This document shows, piece by piece, positions 22,107 to 31,221 of a DNA stretch of 64,000 nucleotides (within the stretch, counting starts at the first letter, position 1; every line of letters starts with the position of its first letter). The notes under the pieces were generated by a model. That model did not search any database. It was given only the letters and a program-made list of their open reading frames with translations, and had not been told where the DNA came from. Source of the DNA: Gammaproteobacteria bacterium (GTDB taxonomy: Bacteria > Pseudomonadota > Gammaproteobacteria > RBG-16-57-12); assembly GCA_022712945.1 (NCBI GenBank), contig JAFLJP010000104.1, positions 76,447 through 140,446 on the forward strand, read 5' to 3'. Position numbers and translations under genes: made by a program.

Positions 22107-22750
22107 AGCTCTTCTATATCGTTTGCTTCAAACAGCCGGGTGACCATCACATCAGTATCGCCATCGTACACTTCAATCTCAATATAATATTTTTCGTCAT
22201 CACTGATGAGTGAGTAGTAGTCCAACTCATCCGCACCATCAGCAGAGCTTGAGAGCGGCTGTTGGCGGTAATCTCCTTTATGAAAATAGCCGCGTACTGA
22301 TTTTGCATTTTGGGTATAAGCATCCGCACTCCAGTGGCTTAACCATGACCACTGCGGATCAAAATCGTCCGGATTACCGGTGCGTTGAAGGCGCACTGGC
22401 TCGTCGGCATCAAAGATTGCTGAAAATTGATCAAGGTTAAATAACTGTTCTACCACGGTACGCGGTAGTTTTATTGAGAGGCGCAGTTCAACTTCATCAT
22501 CGGATTCATCAACTGTCATAAACAGGGTCTGCTTGTCACTGCCCCTGAGTACAAACTCAGTCTCATTGCCCGATTTGAAGTCGTAAGTGTTCACCTCGTC
22601 CACGGTAAAACTGTTACCGGCCAGCGGGGTGGGGGTGAAGAGTTTAAACTTCACGATATCACCCGCCGCAAGCTCCCGGGGGTGGGAGAGATGGCGTACG
22701 TTATCCGCCTCTTTTTTACCACCAAATAGTGATTTTAAAAAACCTGCCAT
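22091..22750 (-). CDS. YjfK-like (DUF2491-type) protein. The assignment rests on size and gene order.
   Basis: 219 aa, the same length as E. coli YjfK. Lies immediately downstream of a PspA-family gene, as in yjfIJK. Confidence 0.35.
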   Translation of the reverse strand: MAGFLKSLFGGKKEADNVRHLSHPRELAAGDIVKFKLFTPTPLAGNSFTVDEVNTYDFKSGNETEFVLRGSDKQTLFMTVDESDDEVELRLSIKLPRTVVEQLFNLDQFSAIFDADEPVRLQRTGNPDDFDPQWSWLSHWSADAYTQNAKSVRGYFHKGDYRQQPLSSSADGADELDYYSLISDDEKYYIEIEVYDGDTDVMVTRLFEANDIEELWPST

Positions 22751-22765
22751 CGTTCCTACTCCCCG

Positions 22766-23467
22766 TTAGCCTTTGTTAGCAGCGCCTTGCTTTAACTTAG
22801 CAAGAATATCACTGGCGCTGTTTTTGTTACCACCAATACCGGCCTGAGCCAACTTGTCATCTAGTGAGCCTGAACCCATCTCATTTTCCAGTACTTCGGC
22901 AGCATCCATTTGGTCGAAGGTGTGCTGTTGACGCGCCTTGATGCGATCCAGTGATGATTTAGCATCCAGCAATTTATTAGCACCGGCATGTTGAGTATTG
23001 GTGATCGATTGTGTCGCTTTCTGCACGCTCTCGGTAGTCTTGACCATTTTAAGCTCACGCTCATGCTCGCGGATGGTGGTTTCGCTCTGTTTGATCAGCG
23101 CCTTTAGCTTGATCACTTGTGCAGCGGTCTGTGCCAGCACCTGCTCTTGAACAGCCAGTTCTGTTTGCAGTTCACCCACTTTTTCAGCACAGCTGAGTGC
23201 CAGCTCTTCTTCATTTTTTTCCATGGCAGAGAGTGCCGAGGCTTCATATTTGGCAATATCATCCTGAAGCTGCTTAACATCACGCGCCCCTTTGGTCTGG
23301 CTAGCCATGATGTTAGTTAGATCACGCTTGGCTTTGCCGAGGTTTTTCTTGGCATCTTCAATCTCTTGGGTATAGATGCGCGTTGCGTTGGCATCCATCA
23401 CCGCTTCACCCGCTTCACGTGCACCGCCGCGCAGAGCGGTTAATAGTTTTCCGAAAATACTCGACAT
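22766..23467 (-). CDS. PspA/IM30-family protein (YjfJ-like).
   Basis: 233-aa coiled-coil protein. The start MSSIFGKLLTALRGGAREAGEAVMDANATRIYTQEIEDAKKNL is typical of PspA/IM30. Confidence 0.7.
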   Translation of the reverse strand: MSSIFGKLLTALRGGAREAGEAVMDANATRIYTQEIEDAKKNLGKAKRDLTNIMASQTKGARDVKQLQDDIAKYEASALSAMEKNEEELALSCAEKVGELQTELAVQEQVLAQTAAQVIKLKALIKQSETTIREHERELKMVKTTESVQKATQSITNTQHAGANKLLDAKSSLDRIKARQQHTFDQMDAAEVLENEMGSGSLDDKLAQAGIGGNKNSASDILAKLKQGAANKG

Positions 23468-23487
23468 AATTATGATCCTTTTAACAG

Positions 23488-23901
23488 TTAATTCAGGTAG
23501 TCACTTAATGCTTCAATCGCATCAAGGGAGTTGTCGCTTAAAGTGGTAATTTCCAGTGCCACATCTTCAGCGCTGGAGTTGAGTGACATGGCACCAAATA
23601 CGGCATACCTGTCATCCATCTTTGCAAACGATGAGAGCGGCATTGGAATATTCAGGCTCAGCATGCTTTCAAACATTGCCATGCGGCTCTCTGGTGTCAC
23701 CTGTGATTCATCAAACAGGCTACAAATGCAGAGCAGTTGGTCATCGGCCATGGTGATAAAGATAGGTAGCTCATCACGATCTTCGACAGTGACCTTGGCA
23801 ACCTGCTCATCAATAATCTCAAAACTCAGATCCAAACCACCACGTTTCTCATCATCGAGAGTGGTTACTTGGGTCATCAGTTCCTTTAGATTTTTATTCA
23901 T
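23488..23901 (-). CDS. YjfI-like (DUF2170-type) small acidic protein.
   Basis: 137 aa. Position immediately upstream of the PspA-like gene matches E. coli yjfI. Confidence 0.4.
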   Translation of the reverse strand: MNKNLKELMTQVTTLDDEKRGGLDLSFEIIDEQVAKVTVEDRDELPIFITMADDQLLCICSLFDESQVTPESRMAMFESMLSLNIPMPLSSFAKMDDRYAVFGAMSLNSSAEDVALEITTLSDNSLDAIEALSDYLN

Positions 23902-23991
23902 GGGTTGTTTCCTTCTGGTTAACGGGGCTTAAGTTAGTTGTTATGACATATTATGTCAAGACATATTATGACGAAAAGCAATATATCCAAA

Positions 23992-25728
23992 TTATTGATC
24001 ATCATTATATTCTGCCCACCCCTTGCGATGGTACTCAATAATCTGGTTACTGTTGATTCTGTTTACCTTGATCTCGGGTTCAATATCGTAGAAACCCTGA
24101 TTAAAGGCAAATGCACCGAGCATCAGCTCTCTGGTCATCCAGCCATCATTGACCGGCAGTGATGAATACTCTTCAATCCGCTGCTTAGCCGATTTACCCG
24201 CCTTGGTGGCGATGGTCCAACCCCACTCACCAAACGAGGGCACGTTGGCGTGGTACTGTTCAACCCGCTGAAAACCGGCATGTTTGACCGTTTTTTTGAT
24301 TGAGATAAACGCCTCTTTGGCATGATAGGGGGAGGTGGATTGAATGGCGATGGCACCATCACCCGAGAGCAGTGCGTGCAGCTTGGCATAAAAACGCGAT
24401 GAGTAGAGTTTGTTTAAATCTGGATGGCTGGGGTCGGGTAGGTCAACAATGATAGTATCGAACATTTCTCCTTGAGCCAGTAGCTGATCAACGCTACCGT
24501 AGGCATCACCCAGATGAACCTCAACACGGCTATCTTGCAGGGCATATTCATTTAGCTCCAGTAGCGGGCGATTGACCACTTCACCCTTCTGCATCACCGG
24601 TTCACTAAAAAACTGGATAATTTGCGGATCAAGCTCTAGTAGAACAACCGACTTCGGATTCCAGCGCAACACATCACGCAGTGCCAGCCCATCGCCACCG
24701 CCCACAATCAAGATGCGCTCCCGGCGGTTTGAAGCAAGCATGGCAGGATAGGTGAGCATGGCGTGGTAGATCTGCTCATCCAGACTGGAAAACTGAGTAT
24801 GGCCGTTGATGTAGAGATACCAGACCGGTGCTTTGGCGGGGTCAATAATGCGCTTGGTAATCACCACTTTTTGGTAGGGGGTGACCATGCGGGCAACCAC
24901 TTGATCTTTGTAGAGCATATCTTCCAGTGCCAGCTCCCAACTAGGGCCTTTGATGGCGATGGTGGCAACAATGGAGGCAACAATCAGGTGGCCGATTAGC
25001 AGCAATGCACTAAAACGGATATGTTTTCGGTAGCAGAAGTAGAACAGCAGCCCGGCAAGCAAATTAGCACTGGCGGCAATCACGGCGGCGATGCTGCTCT
25101 CCAGAGTGAGCAGAAACAGCACAAAAATCAACGCACCGATACCGGCACCAATATAATCTGCACCATAGATAGTGCCGGTATTATTCTCCAAGTGCATGCC
25201 GTAAACCGACTCCCGAACCTTGGCAATAAGCGGAATCTCGGCACCGATCAACATACCTAAAATAAAGGCCATCAGGTACGGCATATTTTTCGCCAGCCAT
25301 TGCAGGGTATTGATTGCACCACCGGAAAGGTTGATGCCGTGCAGGCCGTAGGTTTCGGCAATAATCGAGGGGAGCACATAGCTAAAGGCGATTAAACCGG
25401 CGATAAACAGAATCGAACTGACACCGATCAAACCGATCAGTAGCTCCAACCAAGCAAAGCTGCTAAAGGGGCACTTTAAACGAGCCGCTGCAAATGCCCC
25501 CAGCCCCATGGAGGCGATCATCACGGTGAAGACCCCAAAAATGGCAACCTCAGTGGCACCCAATACCCGCGCGGCATAATGGGAGAGTAAAAACTCATAG
25601 ATCATGCCGCAACCAGCCAACACTGCCATGATGCCAATCAGCACCACATCATGCATCAGCAAGCGGCGGTTGCTACGCCAGCGGCTGACAATATTCCAGC
25701 CTTTCGGGGTATCGATTGGCTCCGCCAT
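23992..25728 (-). CDS. Polyamine aminopropyltransferase (spermidine-synthase-like) fused to an N-terminal multi-transmembrane domain.
   Basis: About 7 transmembrane helices in the N-terminal half. C-terminal ERILIVGGGDGLALRDVLRW...VEVHLGDAY...DTIIVDLPDP matches the spermidine synthase fold. Confidence 0.75.
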   Translation of the reverse strand: MAEPIDTPKGWNIVSRWRSNRRLLMHDVVLIGIMAVLAGCGMIYEFLLSHYAARVLGATEVAIFGVFTVMIASMGLGAFAAARLKCPFSSFAWLELLIGLIGVSSILFIAGLIAFSYVLPSIIAETYGLHGINLSGGAINTLQWLAKNMPYLMAFILGMLIGAEIPLIAKVRESVYGMHLENNTGTIYGADYIGAGIGALIFVLFLLTLESSIAAVIAASANLLAGLLFYFCYRKHIRFSALLLIGHLIVASIVATIAIKGPSWELALEDMLYKDQVVARMVTPYQKVVITKRIIDPAKAPVWYLYINGHTQFSSLDEQIYHAMLTYPAMLASNRRERILIVGGGDGLALRDVLRWNPKSVVLLELDPQIIQFFSEPVMQKGEVVNRPLLELNEYALQDSRVEVHLGDAYGSVDQLLAQGEMFDTIIVDLPDPSHPDLNKLYSSRFYAKLHALLSGDGAIAIQSTSPYHAKEAFISIKKTVKHAGFQRVEQYHANVPSFGEWGWTIATKAGKSAKQRIEEYSSLPVNDGWMTRELMLGAFAFNQGFYDIEPEIKVNRINSNQIIEYHRKGWAEYNDDQ

Positions 25729-25734
25729 GGAGGA

Positions 25735-26643
25735 TTAGGCAGACGGCGCGATGAGTGCCGCGAGCAGTAAACCATAAATAATATAGATCGCCGCTTCAAT
25801 TAGCCCAATACCCACGTTGCCCTGTTTATCCACCTCTTCCACCACATTGATGCCGCGCAGAATAATATGCCGCGAGAGAATCGCCAATATGGAGAGCAAA
25901 ATAACAAAAACTACCGAAGCGGCACCCCACAGCAATATCGCCATGAAGGGTGAGCTATCACTAAAGGCGATGGTGCCGGAAGCGGCGGTGACAGTGAGTG
26001 CGGCGCCAATTTTATGCCCCAAGTAACGAATGCTCAGCGCCTTATTGCCCTGAGCCAATGCCGCTTGCAGACATTCCCCATTATGACGTTTGGCATAAAC
26101 CGCGTGACGGTAACGGGTCACCAGCACCAGCAGCAGTTGTGAAATCACAAAACCGACCAGAACAATTGCCAGCCCGTAAAGTGCTTCGGTATCTACCCAA
26201 ACCATCACCGCACGAATAATAATTGCCGTGGCGATCATATTACCGGCATCAATAATCCCCACCGCCAGATTGCCATCCATAATCTGTTGCTGTACCGAGA
26301 TATTACGCAGGGTTATTTTATCGAAAAAGAAGCGGGTAGAGGCCATCAGCAGAATACCGACAATACCGTAGGCCGTCACAATACCCAGCTCGTATAGCAG
26401 TGAGGGTGACGCATCCCCGGAGACAACCCCGGTCATCATAATGCCAAGCCCCAACAACGCACCGGCAAATGAGATGCCGAAGGCGAAGTTATCTTTTTCA
26501 GACAACTCTTTAATTGAACTGACATTGGCGATAATGCCCATTTTTATGCCCACCAGCGTCAGCATCAAGGTAACAATGATAAAGTCGATGAGCAGAATCA
26601 GCGTCTGATATTGATCAAAGGCGATTAATTCAGATAGGTTCAT
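25735..26643 (-). CDS. Integral membrane protein with three DUF350-like repeats (YjfL-like).
   Basis: Repeated motif (D/Q)GN-x-A/G...G-x-LLGLGI before transmembrane helices: EKDNFAFGISFAGALLGLGIMM, MDGNLAVGIIDAGNMIATAIII, KQGNVGIGLIEAAIYIIYGLL. Confidence 0.5.
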   Translation of the reverse strand: MNLSELIAFDQYQTLILLIDFIIVTLMLTLVGIKMGIIANVSSIKELSEKDNFAFGISFAGALLGLGIMMTGVVSGDASPSLLYELGIVTAYGIVGILLMASTRFFFDKITLRNISVQQQIMDGNLAVGIIDAGNMIATAIIIRAVMVWVDTEALYGLAIVLVGFVISQLLLVLVTRYRHAVYAKRHNGECLQAALAQGNKALSIRYLGHKIGAALTVTAASGTIAFSDSSPFMAILLWGAASVVFVILLSILAILSRHIILRGINVVEEVDKQGNVGIGLIEAAIYIIYGLLLAALIAPSA

Positions 26644-26674
26644 GTTCTATTTCTCCATAAATTCATATCGGGAC

Positions 26675-27679
26675 TCATTTGCCACCACCACCAAAACTTC
26701 TGGAGCTGCTGCTGCCACGGAAACTGCCGCCGTATGAACTGCTTTTTGATCCTGAGCCGTAAGAGCTGTTTTTGGAACCCGAACCATAAGAACTGCTTTT
26801 GCTAGAACCGCCATACTGCCCCATTGATTTGGATGCCACATAACCGGAGGTGTTACGCGCCTTAACACCACTGCCCTTGGCATAGGTAGAACCTTTGCGG
26901 CTTGATGATTGATAGCTCTTGGTATTTGATTTTTGATAGCTTGAAGCGCGCTGGCGGCTCTTTTGTGAACCGTATTGGTGAACCCCGCGATCCTGATAGT
27001 GGCTATAGGGGCGGTGACGGTCCCAGTCGTTATAAAGAATCGAGCGTCCACCACCGGTAAGATTTGAGAACATGCTATACATGCCATACCACGCCCAAAA
27101 AGAGGTACCACCACTGCTCTGGTTCCACTGACCATACGCCGGGTTACCCACTAATTGGCTGCCTGCGCCATAATCACTGGCATCATTAACCAGTGCCTCT
27201 TCTGCTTTGCTCATACTGCTGACACGCGGTAGAGTACCGTTTGATATATCGGCCAACGCATTGACCGTATCGGTGAGCGCACTGTTATAGGCCGGTATTG
27301 CCATCGCCCTTAATAGCGATTCAGACTCCACCAGCAATGTTTTTGGCTCGCTGTGCACCTGCTGCATTTTTTTGATCTCATCCAGCCGGGTTTGCAGGTG
27401 TTTGAATAGCGCGCCTTCTGTGGTGGCATCTTTTGCCATAATATCAGCAATAGCGGCCATTTTCGGCTGCTCTCTTTTTATACTGCGAGCATAGCGCCCA
27501 ACCAGTGCTGCATTGCGTACTTCCCCATTGTCAAGGGCGCTGCGCAGTGCATCCAGACGTTGATCAGCCTGAGTGATTCGCTCAATTGCAGCGGCACGGT
27601 TAGGGTCTTCACAGCCGCTTAACAGCAGTAAAACAAGCATGGCGCAAATAACCCGCCAATTATATAAGGTGTATTTCAC
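26675..27679 (-). CDS. Lipoprotein with a Gly/Ser/Tyr-rich low-complexity C-terminus.
   Basis: Lipobox LLLLSGCE. The C-terminal 90 aa are (S/G/Y/K)-rich repeats of the form SSYGSGSK. Overlaps the upstream gene by 4 nt. Confidence 0.5.
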   Translation of the reverse strand: MKYTLYNWRVICAMLVLLLLSGCEDPNRAAAIERITQADQRLDALRSALDNGEVRNAALVGRYARSIKREQPKMAAIADIMAKDATTEGALFKHLQTRLDEIKKMQQVHSEPKTLLVESESLLRAMAIPAYNSALTDTVNALADISNGTLPRVSSMSKAEEALVNDASDYGAGSQLVGNPAYGQWNQSSGGTSFWAWYGMYSMFSNLTGGGRSILYNDWDRHRPYSHYQDRGVHQYGSQKSRQRASSYQKSNTKSYQSSSRKGSTYAKGSGVKARNTSGYVASKSMGQYGGSSKSSSYGSGSKNSSYGSGSKSSSYGGSFRGSSSSRSFGGGGK

Positions 27680-28428
27680 ACCGTTTCTCCTTTAGGTTCC
27701 CGCGTTAAATCGAGGCGTTGCAATGATTTCCAGACAAACCACACGCAGGCCAGTGCAAACAGCTCCCAGAGCGCGACCCATATTAATTCAGGTATAAATG
27801 TAAGCTGAGACAGTGTTGCACCATCGCCCAGATTGCGACCATCAATTAACCAAAGCGGTGATTTTATCGCATCCAACAATACATAGCAGCCGATAAATTT
27901 CAGCAGAATGTGAACCGCCTTTGGATTCCAACTGCTCTTTATGGGCAATAGGCATACCGCTGTAATGACGAGCAGGATAAGAATAGTGACTAAATCTCTG
28001 CCCCAAAACAGCAACGCACCCAAGGTGATGCTAGCCAGTGTTATCGCCAAAGCCTTTTTTTGATAAAGCGAAGCCGATGAGACCGATAAAACCAGCAACG
28101 CCCCGAACAGAGCAGCGCCCAAATAACCCGCTAAAGTGACAACAAAGCGAATGCCTCCCGAAGTATAACAAAGGCCGGAACCGCTTAAGTGAATTTGAAT
28201 TGAGCTCACACTGCCGCCGGTAATCATGGCGGCTAAGCCGTGGCTGATCTCGTGGAAAAAGGTTTGAATCCAGGTGAATGGCCAGTTAAGTATCGGTATA
28301 AACGAGACCACGATGGCAGCGGCCATGATGATGATAAATTGGTGTTGCAGCTTCATTGCCGTACCTTCAAGAGAGGAAGTGACACCGGCCACAAGCCCAA
28401 AATGTTTGTCATCGGAGGCTGGCACCAT
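27676..28428 (-). CDS. M50B-like membrane metallopeptidase (HExxH in a transmembrane helix).
   Basis: Polytopic. HEISHGLAAMITGG sits within a hydrophobic segment. A second LDA...IDG region resembles the site-2-protease family. Confidence 0.5.
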   Translation of the reverse strand: MVPASDDKHFGLVAGVTSSLEGTAMKLQHQFIIIMAAAIVVSFIPILNWPFTWIQTFFHEISHGLAAMITGGSVSSIQIHLSGSGLCYTSGGIRFVVTLAGYLGAALFGALLVLSVSSASLYQKKALAITLASITLGALLFWGRDLVTILILLVITAVCLLPIKSSWNPKAVHILLKFIGCYVLLDAIKSPLWLIDGRNLGDGATLSQLTFIPELIWVALWELFALACVWFVWKSLQRLDLTREPKGETV

Positions 28429-28521
28429 AAACGAATTTCACACAAATCTCCACACGCCTATTCGGGCCAATAAAGAAACTTCGAATAAAAAATGGCTCAA
28501 TACACTTGCACAAAAACAAAG

Positions 28522-28557
28522 CATGTATATAATTACATGCATGTTTATTTACACATG
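28522..28557 (+). promoter_or_regulatory. Two tandem palindromic putative LexA (SOS) boxes of the form cATGT-N8-ACATg, upstream of lexA.
   Basis: catgtatataattacatg (28522-28539) and catgtttatttacacatg (28540-28557). Both are palindromes matching E. coli CTGT-N8-ACAG with a symmetrical C-to-A change. They lie 13-48 bp upstream of the lexA start. Confidence 0.5.
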
Positions 28558-28569
28558 TGCGTAAAAATA

Positions 28570-29184
28570 ATGGAAAACCTAACTTCGCGACAACAAGATG
28601 TCCTTAATCTGATTCGCCAGCATATTAACAATACCGGCATGCCACCCACCCGCAGTGAAATTGCCAAGGCCCTTGGCTTTAAATCTGCCAATGCTGCCGA
28701 ACAACACCTGCGGGCACTGGCAAAAAAAGGTGCCATAAAAATGACCGCTGGTGCCTCAAGAGGCATTCAAATTATTAATCACATCGATGAACCGGAAGGG
28801 CTACCCGTGGTTGGGCGCGTGGCCGCAGGCAGCCCACTGCTCGCCGAACAACATATTGAAGAGTATATCTCAGTTAAAGGGGAGTTCTTTCACCCCGCCG
28901 CCAGTTACCTGCTTAAAGTACACGGTATGAGCATGAAAAATATCGGCATACTCGATGAAGACCTGCTGGCCGTACACACCACAAAACAGGTGAAAAATGG
29001 CGATATAGTTGTGGCTCGTATTGAAGATGAAGTCACGGTAAAGCGCTTTCACCAAGAGGGGTACCGTGTCACGTTAATCGCAGAGAACCCCGACTTTTCA
29101 CCAATTGAAATCGATTTACGCCATCAAAACTTTGAAATTGAAGGCATCGGAGTGGGCATCATTCGCAAGGGTGGAGCACTTTAA
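28570..29184 (+). CDS. lexA: LexA SOS repressor.
   Basis: [57 protein letters not shown]-terminal S24 peptidase domain with cleavage-site region [10 protein letters not shown]. 204 aa. Confidence 0.9.
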   Translation: MENLTSRQQDVLNLIRQHINNTGMPPTRSEIAKALGFKSANAAEQHLRALAKKGAIKMTAGASRGIQIINHIDEPEGLPVVGRVAAGSPLLAEQHIEEYISVKGEFFHPAASYLLKVHGMSMKNIGILDEDLLAVHTTKQVKNGDIVVARIEDEVTVKRFHQEGYRVTLIAENPDFSPIEIDLRHQNFEIEGIGVGIIRKGGAL

Positions 29185-29185
29185 A

Positions 29186-29779
29186 ATGAAAATTAAAACA
29201 CACCATGAACAACCGCTTTCCTCTGGATCAAGCAACCCGTTAATCCCCGAAAGCATGATGTGGCAAGGGGGAATTATTGAGATCATCACCCATAAAAATG
29301 GTAATGAACTGGAATCAATTTTATCACTATTAACCACCTCCCCCCGCCACGATCGCTGGATCGCCTGGGTGGGTGCCGCACTCCATTCTGATAACAGCGC
29401 ACTCCAAAAACTCTCTGCATCGCCTCATCGGCTACTTCATGTTCACCTTAGAGAGCAGGAAAACCATCTTAAAGTACTTGGAAAAGCGCTATCAACCGGA
29501 CGCTGTAGCGCTGTTATCGCACGATCAAAACAACACAATGTACAAGAGCTGCAACAATTACGGATAGCTGCCCATAAAGGAAAAACTATCGGTATTCTCC
29601 TCAAAGAGAGTGATAACCAGGATAAAAAAAGTGTACCCACAAACCACAGCAGCATTACACTACTCAATCAGCAGAGTAAAACCTTGAATAGTGCGTTCAA
29701 TGACGACATGACAGCCAGTCAAACTTCGATAGAAATAAACAGCAAATTCAGCCAGAATAACCAGCTTAGTTTCTTTTAA
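29186..29779 (+). CDS. sulA: SulA-like SOS cell-division inhibitor.
   Basis: Immediately downstream of lexA. RWIAWVGAALHSDNSALQKL...LGKALSTGRCSAVIA parallels E. coli SulA RWQLWLTPQQKLSREW...VRALRTGNYSVVIG. Confidence 0.55.
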   Translation: MKIKTHHEQPLSSGSSNPLIPESMMWQGGIIEIITHKNGNELESILSLLTTSPRHDRWIAWVGAALHSDNSALQKLSASPHRLLHVHLREQENHLKVLGKALSTGRCSAVIARSKQHNVQELQQLRIAAHKGKTIGILLKESDNQDKKSVPTNHSSITLLNQQSKTLNSAFNDDMTASQTSIEINSKFSQNNQLSFF

Positions 29780-29869
29780 TTGAGAGATACAAAAGTATTT
29801 GGAGGCTGAGGCTTTAGCCAAGTCCATTTATCTCTCAACCCTGACTTGTTGGAGCAATAGACAATAAAT

Positions 29870-30283
29870 ATGACTGAACAGCCAGCCTCACAAAAAGTAC
29901 GCATTGATAAATGGCTATGGGCCGCTCGCTTTTATAAAACCCGCGCACTGGCCACAGCAGCCATCAATGGCGGAAAAATTGCAATTAACCACCATCGCAC
30001 AAAACCCTCTCGCCAATTAAAAGTTGGTGAACAAGTCACCATCAGCAAAGGCCCTTACAAAACCACAATCGAAGTGATGAACTTGTCAGACAAGCGTGGG
30101 CCAGCAAAAATAGCCGTCACCCTCTACAACGAAACAGATGAGAGCGTGCAACAACGCCAGCAGCTATCAGAACAACTCAAAATCGAAAGAGCCGCCACAG
30201 CCAACTACGAAGGCAAGGGACGACCATCAAAACGAAAGCGCCGCCACATCATTCGCTTTACCAATAAAAACAGCAGCCAATAA
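29870..30283 (+). CDS. hslR: Ribosome-associated heat-shock protein Hsp15 (S4 domain).
   Basis: VRIDKWLWAARFYKTRALATAAINGGKIAINHH S4 RNA-binding motif. Basic C-terminus. Confidence 0.8.
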   Translation: MTEQPASQKVRIDKWLWAARFYKTRALATAAINGGKIAINHHRTKPSRQLKVGEQVTISKGPYKTTIEVMNLSDKRGPAKIAVTLYNETDESVQQRQQLSEQLKIERAATANYEGKGRPSKRKRRHIIRFTNKNSSQ

Positions 30284-30846
30284 AACCCGCGACCAATGCT
30301 TTATCACCAAGCTGGATTAATACCACGTTCCGTAGCATTTCACTGGGAAAGCCTCCTAGCCATTTGCAGTTCCACGGTAAGTAGTCACTCACCGCTACTT
30401 TTGTAGCTTCCTTATGTCAATTTTTGTCAACAGAAAATAGAGTTATCAACACAACTTTTTTCTGTCAGTCATTTTTGACACCATCGTATCTCCAGCCGAT
30501 TAAGATTACTATTGACTTGCATAACATATTGATAATAAAAGATTTTAAGTAGGTGCTTATTTTTTGATCAATCTAACAAAAGTGTAATAAAGACGGGCTT
30601 TGGAACGCTATTCACACAATCTATCCACAAAGTTATCCACAGGGTTTGTGGAAAACTAAATTTCCCTTGGAAAGACGGTAAGTTAGCGCCTAAAGTAAAA
30701 GAAGAGATGCACCCGTGATTCATGGGTGAAAAAAATAACCGGCTATTTTTAACTCTGTTTTGCTCAACTCAGAGTAGGTACTGTATTAAGGAGGCTGAAT
30801 AAGTCTGGTTGAATTTAGACAGTCAGGAGTTATTCAGCACTTCCTT

Positions 30847-30865
30847 AACTTCTTCTACATCCCTA
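30847..30865 (-). repeat. Terminal fragment of the miniature inverted-repeat element.
   Basis: aacttcttctacatcccta is the reverse complement of the long-variant left end gggatgtagaagaagtt. Confidence 0.5.
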
Positions 30866-30963
30866 AGTAAGCTATTGCAGGTGATCGCCAACCAATCAAG
30901 GCACTTTCGGAGGCAAAAAAAATGCCGACCGGACGATTCCAGGTCAGCATTTTTTATGAATTT

Positions 30964-31040
30964 TGGTAGTCGCGAGTGGATTCGAACCACCGACCCCCAC
31001 CATGTCAAGGTGGTGCTCTAACCAACTGAGCTACGCGACT
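30964..31040 (-). tRNA. tRNA-Val (anticodon GAC).
   Basis: Reverse complement AGTCGCGTAGCTCAGTTGGTTAGAGCACCACCTTGACATGGTGGGGGTCGGTGGTTCGAATCCACTCGCGACTACCA. 7-bp acceptor stem. Anticodon loop TTGACAT. CCA is encoded. Confidence 0.9.
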
Positions 31041-31221
31041 ATTTTGCAGTGGCGGGAATACTACCAAGCCATTATTCAAAGTACAAGGTCATTTCCCAAC
31101 AATTTACTGCCTTCGTACAGTGCGGTTCCTCATATTGCTCTGAGTTGGGGGTAGACGCTTATACCGGATCAAGCCTCGACCCTCAGTAAAGGGGTGGAGG
31201 CCGGTCTGTTACAAAAGGCAG

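Noticed and set aside
29779-29838. 10-bp inverted repeat (ttgagagata...tatctctcaa) after sulA.
   Set aside because: It could be a terminator stem, but the loop is about 40 nt and it lacks a T-tract, so it is not called.
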